A stretch of DNA of 45,193 nt from Candidatus Saccharimonadota bacterium (GCA_037133995.1 JBAXNA010000002.1:1-45193), one strand, 5' to 3'. Positions 1 through 9,564 are shown, numbered from the stretch's first letter. Numbers and translations: made by a program. Notes: generated by a model not told the origin, from the sequence alone.

Positions 1-82
1 GCTCGTCTGCTATGCCTGATTTAGTTTCTGGTCTTGATGCCTCAAGATCCTCTGGGTTTGATTGGCCGACTGTTTCTTTCAT
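1..82 (-). CDS. 5' end of an unidentified CDS running off the left edge (MKETVGQSNPEDLEASRPETKSGIADE...)
   Basis: The ATG at 82..80 opens a frame that stays open to position 1. A TATGAT box at 89..94 lies 6 nt upstream, the same geometry seen at other operon-first genes here. Only 27 codons are visible. Confidence 0.3.
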   Translation of the reverse strand, partial: MKETVGQSNPEDLEASRPETKSGIADE

Positions 83-452
83 GAGTACATCATACCAATA
101 AAAGACCGAGTGGGCTACTTAGTTCATAACCCCTGCTCAGATCAGCCTCTAGAAGGTGGTATCGAGCTAAAACTTCCAGAAAAAGCTGATCTCTAAGTAT
201 TGTTTTAGTGACTACTTATTTTGTTCATACTAGACTTATTTGTTGTCTACCGAGAGATTAGCGCACTATAATATTTATCAAAAAAAACAATGCTAGACAG
301 TACTAAACGCTTGCGGTAGTATTGGTATTAAGTTTTGTTTTTGAGGGAGTACTAAAAGTCATATGTGGCTCAGTCTACGCTTGACACGCAGGGGGTATTT
401 TCGTATTATGTTCGTAGTGTGGTTTGTTTTTGGCGCTTAAGCCATTTTTTTG

Positions 453-480
453 TTGACATTGGGATATAACCCCATATATA
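453..480 (+). promoter_or_regulatory. Candidate sigma70-type promoter of nrdA-nrdB
   Basis: TTGACA at 453..458, a 16-nt spacer, then TATATA at 475..480, about 75 nt upstream of the nrdA ATG. Confidence 0.5.
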
Positions 481-517
481 GTGTAGTAACGTATAGCATA
501 AGCACTATATACAGTTT
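469..517 (+). promoter_or_regulatory. Two tandem NrdR-box-like palindromes
   Basis: 469..484 (accccatatatagtgt) and 502..517 (gcactatatacagttt) match the remembered NrdR box consensus acaCwAtATaTwgtgt at about 14/16 and 13/16 positions. Box 1 overlaps the -10 element. The box starts are 33 bp apart. Confidence 0.5.
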
Positions 518-553
518 CCAAAAAATAAATACAGTCTTTAAAAGGAGGGTGAG

Positions 554-3343
554 ATGACTTTTTCAAGTATAAAAAAACGCAACGGCCAAGTAGCAGATTT
601 TGATGCAGGCCATATTATAATAGCTATTCAGAAGGCAAGTGATTCTGCAGGCAGCGAAATAGCTGCTGAGGTTATTCCAGAGCTAGTTGAGCAAATAGTT
701 TCCCATTTGGAGGCTGTCATTGGTGATGGCGTTCCAGACGTCGAAATTATTCAAGATTTAGTTGAGCAAGAGCTTATGCGAGCCGACTACTTCAAGACTG
801 CCAGAAGCTATATTCTCTATCGCGAGGAGCATAAGGCTTTGCGAGAAGTAGAAGCAAGTCGTTCTGCCAGTAAGCTAGAGCACAACGCCCTAAAAGTCAC
901 TCTTGCAGACGGCAGTATTGATCACTTTAGCTATACTCGCCTAGTCAAAGACTTAGTTAGCGCCTCAGAAGGTCTTGAAGATTCTGTCGACATAGACGAG
1001 CTTGCTCAGCTCACCAAGAGTAGTCTATATGACGGCATTACAATAGAAGAGCTTCAAGACGCCCTAATCATGTCGGCCAGCTCTAGTATCGAAAAAGATA
1101 GCGCCTACTCCACTCTTGCCGCCAGGCTGCTACTCAAAAAAATATATCGTGAAGTGCTAGACACAGACAAAGTCACAGAGCTTGATTCGGTATACCAAGA
1201 TGTATTCAAGAATTTTGTAAAAACCACCGTCAAAGAAGGCCGACTAGACAAGCGCCTGCTTGATTTTGATCTTGATGATTTGGCTAGCTACATTAAGCCC
1301 GAACGCGATAAGCTGTTCGACTACATGGGTCTAGACATGCTGCACGATAGGTATTTCATTCAAAACGAAGGCCGTGGTGTAAGGCTTGAGACTCCACAGG
1401 TATTCTGGATGCGTATTGCAATGGGGCTGTCTATACTAGAGAAGAAAACAGAAAAAAACGCCTGGGCTAAGAAATTTTACGACATCTTGTCTACTCTTCG
1501 CTACGTGCCTTCTACCCCTACCCTATTTCACTCTGGTACAACCTTCGCTCAGCTCAGCTCTTGTTTCTTGAACACCGTTGAAGACGATCTTAAGCACATT
1601 TTCAAAGTCTACCTAGATACCGCCCTAATGAGTAAGTTTTCTGGCGGCATAGCTACTGACTGGACAAACATTCGCGGCACAGGCTCGCTGATAAAAACAG
1701 TCAACATCCCCTCTCAAGGCGTTATACCATTTCTAAAAATAGCCAACGACACCACTGTGGCTATATCGCGGTCTGGTAAGCGTAAGGGTGCTACCTGTGT
1801 GTACCTAGAGACATGGCACTTAGATATTGAAGACTTTCTAGAGCTACGTAAAAACACTGGTGACGAGCGCCGTCGTACTCACGACATGAATACCGCCAAC
1901 TGGATTCCAGATCTATTTATGAAGCGAGTTGAGGCCGAAGGTCAATGGACTCTATTTTCGCCCAATGAAGTGCCCGAGCTCCACCACCTGTACGGAGCCG
2001 AGTTTGAGAAAAAATATGAAGAATATGAACAGCTAGCAGATGAAGGCAAAATAGAAGCTTTTCGTAGAGTACCTGCAGCTCAGCTATGGCGCAAGATGCT
2101 AACTATGCTGTTTGAGACTGGCCACCCCTGGATAAACTTCAAAGACGCTTGTAATGTTCGTTCGCCACAAGACCACGCAGGAGTTATTCACAACTCCAAT
2201 CTCTGCACCGAGATTACCCTAAATAACTCAGCCGAAGAAACAGCTGTTTGCAATCTGGGCTCAGTAAATCTTGCCAGACATATTACCAAAGGCAAGCTAG
2301 ACAGAGATTTGGTCGCCGAAACGGTCGAGACAGGCATGCGAATGCTAGATAATGTAATAGATATTAACTATTACACGACTCCAGAGTGCGAGACCTCAAA
2401 TATGCGCCACAGACCAGTTGGAATGGGCATTATGGGCTTTCAAGATGCTCTCTATCTACTCGACATTCCATTTAACTCAGAAAAAGCCGTTACGTTTGGT
2501 GATGAAAGCATGGAACTAATTAGTTACTACGCGATTCTAGGCTCAAGCCAGCTAGCTCGAGAACGCGGCGCATACAAGTCTTACAAGGGCTCAAAGTGGG
2601 ATCGTGGAATATTCCCTGTTGACACTCTAGATCTGCTAGAAAAAGAACGTGGTATCAAAATAGATGTTAAGCGTAAAGGCAAGCTAGACTGGAAAGAAGT
2701 TCGTGCTCACGTCAAAAAGCACGGTATGCGCAACAGTAACACCATGGCTATAGCCCCAACCGCTTCAATATCAAACATCTCTGGCTGTTACCCTTGCATT
2801 GAGCCAATCTACAAAAATCTTTATGTAAAATCAAACATGAGTGGCGAGTTTACCGTGATCAACTCTTACTTGATAGATGATTTGAAAAAATCTAATCTCT
2901 GGACAAAAGTGATTATGGACAAAATAAAGTTCCACGACGGCTCTCTTCAGAAAGTTACAGAGATTCCAGCAGATCTAAGAGAAAAATACCAAGAGGTATT
3001 TGAAATAGATGCTGAATGGCTAGTAAAAATTGCTGCACACCGCGGTAAATGGATAGATCAAAGCCAGAGTCTAAATATTTTTGTACAGGGCGTATCTGGT
3101 AAAAAGCTCTCAGACATCTACACATATGCCTGGAAAATGGGCCTAAAGACAACTTACTACCTTAGATCTCTAGCTGCCTCTCAAGTGGAAAAATCTACCG
3201 TAGATACAGCCGAATTTGGCTCAACTCACAAGCGTGAATTCTCTACAGTTGCCCAAGACGCGCCACTACCCTCAAATAAAGCCAGTGATAAAACTAGTAA
3301 GACATGTGCTATTAGTGACCCTGAGTGTGAAGCCTACCAATAA
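554..3343 (+). CDS. nrdA: Ribonucleoside-diphosphate reductase, class Ia alpha subunit, with N-terminal ATP-cone
   Basis: 929-aa ORF with SD aaaggaggg upstream. It has an ATP-cone-like N-terminus (KKRNGQVADFDAGHIIIAIQKA), the NLCTEI active-site motif and a C-terminal Cys pair (CAISDPEC). nrdB lies immediately downstream. Confidence 0.95.
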   Translation: MTFSSIKKRNGQVADFDAGHIIIAIQKASDSAGSEIAAEVIPELVEQIVSHLEAVIGDGVPDVEIIQDLVEQELMRADYFKTARSYILYREEHKALREVEASRSASKLEHNALKVTLADGSIDHFSYTRLVKDLVSASEGLEDSVDIDELAQLTKSSLYDGITIEELQDALIMSASSSIEKDSAYSTLAARLLLKKIYREVLDTDKVTELDSVYQDVFKNFVKTTVKEGRLDKRLLDFDLDDLASYIKPERDKLFDYMGLDMLHDRYFIQNEGRGVRLETPQVFWMRIAMGLSILEKKTEKNAWAKKFYDILSTLRYVPSTPTLFHSGTTFAQLSSCFLNTVEDDLKHIFKVYLDTALMSKFSGGIATDWTNIRGTGSLIKTVNIPSQGVIPFLKIANDTTVAISRSGKRKGATCVYLETWHLDIEDFLELRKNTGDERRRTHDMNTANWIPDLFMKRVEAEGQWTLFSPNEVPELHHLYGAEFEKKYEEYEQLADEGKIEAFRRVPAAQLWRKMLTMLFETGHPWINFKDACNVRSPQDHAGVIHNSNLCTEITLNNSAEETAVCNLGSVNLARHITKGKLDRDLVAETVETGMRMLDNVIDINYYTTPECETSNMRHRPVGMGIMGFQDALYLLDIPFNSEKAVTFGDESMELISYYAILGSSQLARERGAYKSYKGSKWDRGIFPVDTLDLLEKERGIKIDVKRKGKLDWKEVRAHVKKHGMRNSNTMAIAPTASISNISGCYPCIEPIYKNLYVKSNMSGEFTVINSYLIDDLKKSNLWTKVIMDKIKFHDGSLQKVTEIPADLREKYQEVFEIDAEWLVKIAAHRGKWIDQSQSLNIFVQGVSGKKLSDIYTYAWKMGLKTTYYLRSLAASQVEKSTVDTAEFGSTHKREFSTVAQDAPLPSNKASDKTSKTCAISDPECEAYQ

Positions 3344-3362
3344 AAATAAAGGAGTAAATATT

Positions 3363-4394
3363 ATGCCAATAAAAATGAGCAAAAAAAGACCAAATGTTAA
3401 CAAGCGACGTATCATAAACGGCGAAGATGCCGATGTTATTCAGCTTCATCCTATGAAGCACACCTTTGCATGGGATGCCTACCTAGCCGGAAACGCCAAT
3501 CACTGGCTACCTACGGAGATAGCCATGCAAGACGATATTGAGCTATGGAAGTCACCTCGCCTATCAGATGATGAGCGCTTGGCTTTCAAGACAGCACTAG
3601 GATTTTTTACCACAGCAGACTCAATAGCTGCCAACAACATTGTGCTAGGCCTGTATGAACACGTTAGCTCTCCGGAGTGCCGCATGTACCTACTGCGTCA
3701 GGCCTATGAAGAAGCAATTCACACCCATGCTTATCAGTACATTGTAGAAAGTCTTGGCCTTGATGGCGGTGAAATATTTAATATGTATCGTGAAAACTCT
3801 GCCCATCACAGTAAGGCCGACTTTATTCTTGGCTTCAATGATGGTATTTTTGCAGACGGCTTTCATACTGGCACATTCAAAAATGACCAAAAATTTTTAG
3901 AGAACCTGTGTATTTTCTCTCTTATCTTAGAAGGTATCTTCTTCTACTCAAGCTTTGCGGTAATATTTGGTTTTCAGCGTCAAAACAAATTGGTGGGCAG
4001 TGCTGAGCAGATTCAATATATAATGCGTGATGAGTCTCAGCATCTTAATTTTGGTATAAATATGATTAATGCCATAAAAGAAGAACAGCCTGAGCTGTGG
4101 GACGATAAGTTTCAAAAACACATGATCGATCTTGTAAAGCAGGCCACTAAGCTAGAGTATGAATATGCTCAGGCAGTGTTTCCTCGTGGTATTTTTGGCA
4201 TGAATGCAGATGGCTTTAAGCAGTATATTGAATACATCGCAGACAGAAGACTGGGCGCAGTTGGGCTGCCCAAACAGTTCAACGTCAAAAATCCATTCCC
4301 ATGGATGAGCGAAGCTGTAGATCTTTCAAAAGAAAAGAACTTTTTTGAAACTCGAGTAACTGAGTATCAGACCGGTGGCACTCTTGACTGGTAA
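3363..4394 (+). CDS. nrdB: Ribonucleoside-diphosphate reductase beta subunit (diiron-tyrosyl type)
   Basis: Two ExxH iron-ligand motifs (EEAIHTHAY with Tyr at H+4, and RDESQHLNF). The ATG at 3363 is preceded by aaggag at 3349..3354. The longer ORF starting at 3216 overlaps the nrdA 3' end and is rejected. Confidence 0.93.
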   Translation: MPIKMSKKRPNVNKRRIINGEDADVIQLHPMKHTFAWDAYLAGNANHWLPTEIAMQDDIELWKSPRLSDDERLAFKTALGFFTTADSIAANNIVLGLYEHVSSPECRMYLLRQAYEEAIHTHAYQYIVESLGLDGGEIFNMYRENSAHHSKADFILGFNDGIFADGFHTGTFKNDQKFLENLCIFSLILEGIFFYSSFAVIFGFQRQNKLVGSAEQIQYIMRDESQHLNFGINMINAIKEEQPELWDDKFQKHMIDLVKQATKLEYEYAQAVFPRGIFGMNADGFKQYIEYIADRRLGAVGLPKQFNVKNPFPWMSEAVDLSKEKNFFETRVTEYQTGGTLDW

Positions 4395-4405
4395 AATATA
4401 AAATA

Positions 4406-5053
4406 CTAATTTAGTATCTTAGAAAGGGCCTCAATGAGGTCCTTTCTTGATGTGCCTGTAAAATTATGGTCGCCGTCGATTTTAATAACCTCGGCACTAT
4501 CTAGCTTGGTAAATTCCGAATTATCTAGCAGTTCATCTTGCCGTGCCACGACTATTGAGACCGGTACTTTTGAGGCAAGTGATTTATATATTTTAATAGG
4601 GTTGGTATTTTTAAGACCAACTATAAAGCCTAGACTGAGGATAATTTTAGTACCATTTTTTCGATTTATTGTCACCGAACCGTCATTGTTAATAACTCTA
4701 TCTGGCCTAATTTTAGATTTACGGGCCGAAACGCTTAATGGAGGGGCTAGAAGTACAGCCCTAGATACAGCTTGATGGTTAGCAAGCCCTATTATAATAC
4801 AGCCTTGAGAGTGACCAATCAGAGTAATATCTGCATGTGGATCGCGTTTTGTAATAGCTTGCAACTGGTGATTCAAGATAGTAGACTGCTTTTTATAGCT
4901 AGCAACTTTAGTGATAGTTTTATCTTGAGTGATCTCATTGTAGTCAAATAGTACAGAATTATACTCGCTAAAAGCCTTTGATATTTCTGAGAATAGCCCC
5001 TTGCTATCCTTCTTCACTCCAAAGCCATGTGAGAAGAGTAAATATTTACTCAT
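4406..5053 (-). CDS. Small alpha/beta-fold serine hydrolase
   Basis: GHSQG nucleophile-elbow motif, and late Asp and His residues (ARQDE, GDHNF). Its start overlaps the gltX stop by 4 bp. Confidence 0.7.
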   Translation of the reverse strand: MSKYLLFSHGFGVKKDSKGLFSEISKAFSEYNSVLFDYNEITQDKTITKVASYKKQSTILNHQLQAITKRDPHADITLIGHSQGCIIIGLANHQAVSRAVLLAPPLSVSARKSKIRPDRVINNDGSVTINRKNGTKIILSLGFIVGLKNTNPIKIYKSLASKVPVSIVVARQDELLDNSEFTKLDSAEVIKIDGDHNFTGTSRKDLIEALSKILN

Positions 5054-6474
5054 ATTTTAAGATCAAGTCTAGCAAGAGTTTCATCTTTGCCTAGAGCTAC
5101 CATGATATCAAAAAGTCCTGGTGCCTTGGTACGGCCGGTCAGGCTAATTCTGAGAGCATAAAAAAGCTGGCCGGTATCGATATCATGCTCAAGTGCCGTG
5201 TCTCGAACTACCTTTTCTAGCTTGTCGTGGATAAATTCTGCAGAGTTAATTAGAGAGATTGACTCTGAAATATCCTTTAGCCACAGCTTGATTGTCTCAA
5301 GATTGGTTTTTTGCGTTAGCAGCTTTATATCAATACTAGGCTGCTCAAAAAATATTTCCATAATGTATTTGGCTTCATCGAGCTTTTTTAATCTATCTGA
5401 ATCCAGCAACAAGACTTTGTTGAAATATTCCATGTCACCAAGCCACTGGGCTGGAACAAAAGGCTTAATGACTTCTGCTAGCTGATCAACAGAAAGAGAC
5501 CTAATATATTCGCCGTTCATCCAGTCTAGTCTTTGCAAATCAAATCCTGCTGGGCTTTTCTGCACCCTATCTAGACTAAACTTTTCTATAAGCTCATCGA
5601 TATTAAATATCTCTTGCTCAGTGCCATCGTTCCAGCCTAGCAAGGCCAAGAAGTTTAGTAAGGCCTCTTTTAAGTAGCCTTTAGCCTGGTAGTCTAGAAC
5701 ATCCACATCGCCATCACGCTTACTTAGCTTGTGTTTGCCATCTGGGCCAAGTATTGGGGGTAAATGAGCCCATTTTGGTCTTGCAAAGCCCAAGACATCA
5801 TACAGATAGGCGTGTTTGGCGGTAGTGCTTATAAACTCGTCACCACGAATAACATGGCTTATCTGCATTAGCTGATCATCTACAACGTTTGCAAAATTAT
5901 AGGTAGGAAAGCCATCGGCTTTGATGATAATAAAATCATCCAATAAGTCATTACTTGTTTCAAAATCGCCTCTTACTTCATCATTCCAGATTGTCTTGCC
6001 AGAACCTATCTTGAGCCTTATTGGCAGGCCCTCAGTGCTGCTATTTGCTTGCACAGGCTCCATAGATTGCTTATATACAAAAGGCACTTTATTTTTTATG
6101 GCTTCTTCTCTAAGGCTAGCCATGGCCTCAGGGGTGATATGCGAATAGTATGCTTGGCCTTTTTCAATTAGTTCTAAGGCGTACTTTTTATAGTGAGGTA
6201 GGCGCTTAGACTGAACATAGGGCCCGTGCTCACCTGGCTTTTCTTCATACCAAACGCCTTCATCGGGGTGAATTCCAAGCCAATCAAGGCTTTTGATGAT
6301 TTGCTCAACGCCATTTTCTACAAATCTTTCACGGTCTGTATCTTCGAGTCTTAGTACAAAAACACCGTCATTAGCCTTGGCGTACAAATAAGCGAACAGA
6401 GCCGTTCGCACACCACCTATGTGTAACAGGCCTGTGGGGCTGGGCGCAAAACGGGTTCTTACTACTTGTTTCAT
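5050..6474 (-). CDS. gltX: Glutamyl-tRNA synthetase
   Basis: PSPTGLLHIGGVRTAL (HIGH motif), KLSKR (KMSKS motif), 474 aa. Confidence 0.95.
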   Translation of the reverse strand: MKQVVRTRFAPSPTGLLHIGGVRTALFAYLYAKANDGVFVLRLEDTDRERFVENGVEQIIKSLDWLGIHPDEGVWYEEKPGEHGPYVQSKRLPHYKKYALELIEKGQAYYSHITPEAMASLREEAIKNKVPFVYKQSMEPVQANSSTEGLPIRLKIGSGKTIWNDEVRGDFETSNDLLDDFIIIKADGFPTYNFANVVDDQLMQISHVIRGDEFISTTAKHAYLYDVLGFARPKWAHLPPILGPDGKHKLSKRDGDVDVLDYQAKGYLKEALLNFLALLGWNDGTEQEIFNIDELIEKFSLDRVQKSPAGFDLQRLDWMNGEYIRSLSVDQLAEVIKPFVPAQWLGDMEYFNKVLLLDSDRLKKLDEAKYIMEIFFEQPSIDIKLLTQKTNLETIKLWLKDISESISLINSAEFIHDKLEKVVRDTALEHDIDTGQLFYALRISLTGRTKAPGLFDIMVALGKDETLARLDLKI

Positions 6475-6480
6475 ACCAAG

Positions 6481-6486
6481 ATTATA
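6481..6486 (-). promoter_or_regulatory. -10 box (TATAAT) 6 nt upstream of the gltX ATG; candidate leaderless promoter
   Basis: The reverse complement of 6475..6486 reads TATAATcttggt followed directly by ATG. No SD is present. Confidence 0.4.
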
Positions 6487-6506
6487 CCTGAAATAGACAC
6501 TCTAGC

Positions 6507-6842
6507 CTAGCTAAGCATATCTTCTGGTGAAATTTCGTTGTAGTTAGAATCTGCAAGCTGCTTATAAAACAGCACCTTTGAGGTGGTCTCTTCTGGGTCA
6601 TACACATACTGCACTCTATCAGCACTGCCCTTTTGGTGGTAGTGGGTTTTTTTATCAATAATTGCTGGGCTAGTAACTCTTTCTATGCGGTATTTTATAT
6701 TGTCTTTTTCAAAATCTATTCTTTCAATCGTCTTTTTTAGTGCACCATCATCTTCTAGTTTTTCGCTCAAGCGGTCGCTTGAGTCTATTCCATACTTTTC
6801 GTCTATTAGGTTTATTAGATCGTCCCAGCCTTTATCGCTCAT
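6507..6842 (-). CDS. Hypothetical acidic protein (111 aa)
   Basis: ORF with strong SD (agggggaag), tightly coupled to the upstream gene. No recognisable motif. Confidence 0.6.
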   Translation of the reverse strand: MSDKGWDDLINLIDEKYGIDSSDRLSEKLEDDGALKKTIERIDFEKDNIKYRIERVTSPAIIDKKTHYHQKGSADRVQYVYDPEETTSKVLFYKQLADSNYNEISPEDMLS

Positions 6843-6852
6843 ACTTCCCCCT

Positions 6853-8676
6853 TTATATACTTGTGGCCATTTTAATAATCTGATCTTTGGTTAGCCCGTT
6901 GTTTTCACCTTCTATTCTATACCATGTACCTTGATTTACCCAGCTGGCCTGATTGTCATACATATAAATAGTTAGACCCTGTGATTGCAAAGCGGTATAG
7001 CTACTGACCTTGCTCTGTAGATAGTTTTCAGCTAGAGCTTGTGAGTCCCAGTCAGTGCGGCTTTCGCTAATAGATACTTTTTTACTTCCATCTTGAGAGC
7101 TTAAGTCATAGCTTACACTGCCAGGGTTGGCAGTAACATCGCCAGATACCTTCCATCCACTGGGCATATAGCTAGGTAGTGAAGCATTTATTCCAGCTTT
7201 AGAGCTGGCTACTTTTAGGGCTAAATTAGGAAAATTAATTTGCCAAACGTAAAAACCAAGCAAGGCAACGCCGGCCATACTTGCAGTGATACTGGCTATT
7301 TTTCCAGCCGTTTTCTTTGTGCTTGAGTTGGCTTTGTCAGCTGCTATATCGGCGGGTGCCGGGCCAGGAATTGGCTGGGCTTGAGGTTGAGGGGCCTGTG
7401 CTTTGGGTATACTAGGTGCTTCAGCTGTAGCTGTGTTAATATTTGGGTCTGACAAAGCAGAGGCTGCAGGTGCAGGTGCAGTTATGCCGTTTATACTAAG
7501 ACTAGAGCCGGCATTGTTTTTAATAATAGCATCTATTTGTTCAGGACTGCTTGGCTTGCCATCTGGGCCAACCAAGCGCTTTGTAAATGGGTTCATGGTA
7601 GCTCCACTATCGTCATGCAGAGGCTGAATAACTTTCATTGTTGAGCCAGTAACAATTGAGTCTTGCTCTGGATCTGTAGAGGTGGCTGTAGGTATATCTG
7701 ACGGTACTGCACCAGAAGTAGGCTCGTCTTGGGAAGAAAGCTCTTTGAGCTGCTCATCACTAAAAATTCCTTCATCTCTACTATCTAGTGATGACATTTC
7801 ACTGCCCAGTGTTTCTGCTGCATTTGATTTTTTATTGTCCGGAGCACTATTGGCAACTTTTTGCTTATCTTGACTTGGTTTGCTTATTACTTTTGCTTCT
7901 GCTTCTGGCTCTGGGTTTTTGGCTGTATCAGTTTTTGGGCCGTGCATACTAGTTATTTTTGGCGCTATAGAGCCTTGGGAGTTTGCCGCAGTGTTAGCTT
8001 CATTAGCCGCTGAGCTTATTTGGTCAGTAGGCTTTTGTACGGTTTTTGCTATTTCTAATGCCGGCTTAGCTTCTGAGCTGGCTGGTGATGCGCTTGTGGC
8101 AGTAACTGGCGGCACCGGGGCTTGGCTCGCCTGAGGCTGTGGCATAGGTGGGGTAGCTACTGGTGGCTTGGGTTGCACGGGAGCTTGATTTATTTGAGGC
8201 ATCAGCACTGGCTGCACAGGTGGTAATGACTGCACTGGGGCTTGGCCCACCTGAGACTGTGGCATAGGCGGCGTTGGTGGTAATGGTTGCACTGGAGCTT
8301 GGTTCATCTGAGACTGTGGCACAGGCGGCGTTGGTGGTAATGACTGAACTGGAGCTTGGTTCATCTGAGGCGGCGGCATGGGTGGGGCAGGTGCTCGTAC
8401 CGTCATTTGAGCTTGCTGAACTGGCGCAGGTGGCATTGGTGGCTGCGGTGCTGGATAAAGCTGCTGGTTTTGAATTGGTGCTTGCATAACAGGCTCAGCA
8501 ACATTAACAGGTGCAACAGAAACGGTTCTATAATCTTGGCTCGCTGGCTGGTTTACTTTGGCAATTGGCGAAGCACTAACTTGTGCGAACCCTTGGTCAG
8601 AAGTTCCGCAATTTGCACAAAAAGTCTTGCCAGCTACGGTTACTTTGAATTTATCTTCACAATCGGGGCACTGCAT
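6853..8676 (-). CDS. Membrane protein with N-terminal zinc ribbon, long Pro/Gln-rich repeats, one TM segment and a C-terminal extracytoplasmic domain
   Basis: CPDCx14CANCG at the N-terminus, 19-aa PPTPPxPQSQxxQAPVQxL repeats, a TM segment (IASITASMAGVALLGFYVW) and a folded C-terminal region of about 130 aa. Confidence 0.75.
   Translation of the reverse strand: MQCPDCEDKFKVTVAGKTFCANCGTSDQGFAQVSASPIAKVNQPASQDYRTVSVAPVNVAEPVMQAPIQNQQLYPAPQPPMPPAPVQQAQMTVRAPAPPMPPPQMNQAPVQSLPPTPPVPQSQMNQAPVQPLPPTPPMPQSQVGQAPVQSLPPVQPVLMPQINQAPVQPKPPVATPPMPQPQASQAPVPPVTATSASPASSEAKPALEIAKTVQKPTDQISSAANEANTAANSQGSIAPKITSMHGPKTDTAKNPEPEAEAKVISKPSQDKQKVANSAPDNKKSNAAETLGSEMSSLDSRDEGIFSDEQLKELSSQDEPTSGAVPSDIPTATSTDPEQDSIVTGSTMKVIQPLHDDSGATMNPFTKRLVGPDGKPSSPEQIDAIIKNNAGSSLSINGITAPAPAASALSDPNINTATAEAPSIPKAQAPQPQAQPIPGPAPADIAADKANSSTKKTAGKIASITASMAGVALLGFYVWQINFPNLALKVASSKAGINASLPSYMPSGWKVSGDVTANPGSVSYDLSSQDGSKKVSISESRTDWDSQALAENYLQSKVSSYTALQSQGLTIYMYDNQASWVNQGTWYRIEGENNGLTKDQIIKMATSI
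8219..8389. repeat. 57-bp in-frame tandem repeat, three well-conserved copies
   Basis: Units start at 8219, 8276 and 8333 (ggtggtaatg...). Two degenerate copies lie upstream, from about 8103. The repeat encodes the 19-aa Pro-rich units of the 6853..8676 protein. Confidence 0.85.
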
Positions 8677-8748
8677 AAATGAAACTACCTTTATAATAAA
8701 TGGTTGTTTCTATTGTAATCTAAATGGGCTGAAGCGTAAACAGTTTAG

Positions 8749-9564
8749 CTAAAGCTTTTTGGCCTGTTTCTGCACCCTGTAAATAAACTTTGGGACAGCC
8801 ACTTGTCTAGTAATTCTAGAGGGCTGAATAATAAGGCGCCACAGCCACTCTAGGCCAATTTTCTGAGCCCAAACCGGGGCTCTTTTGATGTCACCACCAA
8901 ACTCTTTGTAGTCAAATGTACCACCCTCGCCTATCAAGACATAAGCGAGATTTTCCTTTATATATTTTGCTATAAACAGTTCTTGCTTAGCAAAACCTGT
9001 CGCAACAAATAAAATATCAAGCTTGGCGGCCTTAATCTCAGCAACAAGCTTGGGCTCATCAGTTTCGTTATAATATCCACTCCAAACCTTTAGCCCAGAA
9101 AGCTTAGGAAATATCTTCATGATACTTTTTTTTCTCCCAACAGCATCTTTGCCGCCAATAATACCAACTTTCCAGCCCTTTTGCTCGGCAATTTTAAAAA
9201 GTGGAAAAGTCTGATTGGCGCCAGCCATTTTAGCTGGAATTATGCCGTTGCGCCAGCTGTCGTTTTGAATCCAAAAAAGTAAGCTGGCAAGTAGTTTAAA
9301 ATATTTACCACGCGGCTTGGCATACAGATAGCTAGCCGCCCACTGTACAGACGTACCATCTGCCAGAACCAGATCGGCATCATTTAGTACTTGCTGTAGC
9401 TTTTTATCATCTTGAGCCTTTACTAAGAATTCTACGTAGGGCTTTACTACATAGTGTGATTTATCTCTTGTGCCCGAAATAAAGCTGGAGATTTTACTAT
9501 TAGCCTCGCTGATTTCTAGCTTATCTATCATTGTACCAAGAACATTGATTCTGTTATTTTGCAT
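8749..9564 (-). CDS. WecG/TagA/CpsF-family glycosyltransferase
   Basis: Family-typical DGTSVQWA and IGEGGTFDY segments, 271 aa. Overlaps the upstream GT gene by 11 bp. Confidence 0.8.
   Translation of the reverse strand: MQNNRINVLGTMIDKLEISEANSKISSFISGTRDKSHYVVKPYVEFLVKAQDDKKLQQVLNDADLVLADGTSVQWAASYLYAKPRGKYFKLLASLLFWIQNDSWRNGIIPAKMAGANQTFPLFKIAEQKGWKVGIIGGKDAVGRKKSIMKIFPKLSGLKVWSGYYNETDEPKLVAEIKAAKLDILFVATGFAKQELFIAKYIKENLAYVLIGEGGTFDYKEFGGDIKRAPVWAQKIGLEWLWRLIIQPSRITRQVAVPKFIYRVQKQAKKL

Noticed and set aside
375-566. 63-aa minus-strand ORF across the nrdA promoter region
   Set aside because: It overlaps the nrdA start, SD, promoter and NrdR-like boxes. It has no RBS and an implausible composition, so it is most likely a chance ORF.
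3216-3362. N-terminal extension of nrdB starting at 3216
   Set aside because: The extension overlaps the 3' end of nrdA in another frame and has no RBS. The ATG at 3363 has a perfect aaggag and gives a normal NrdB N-terminus.
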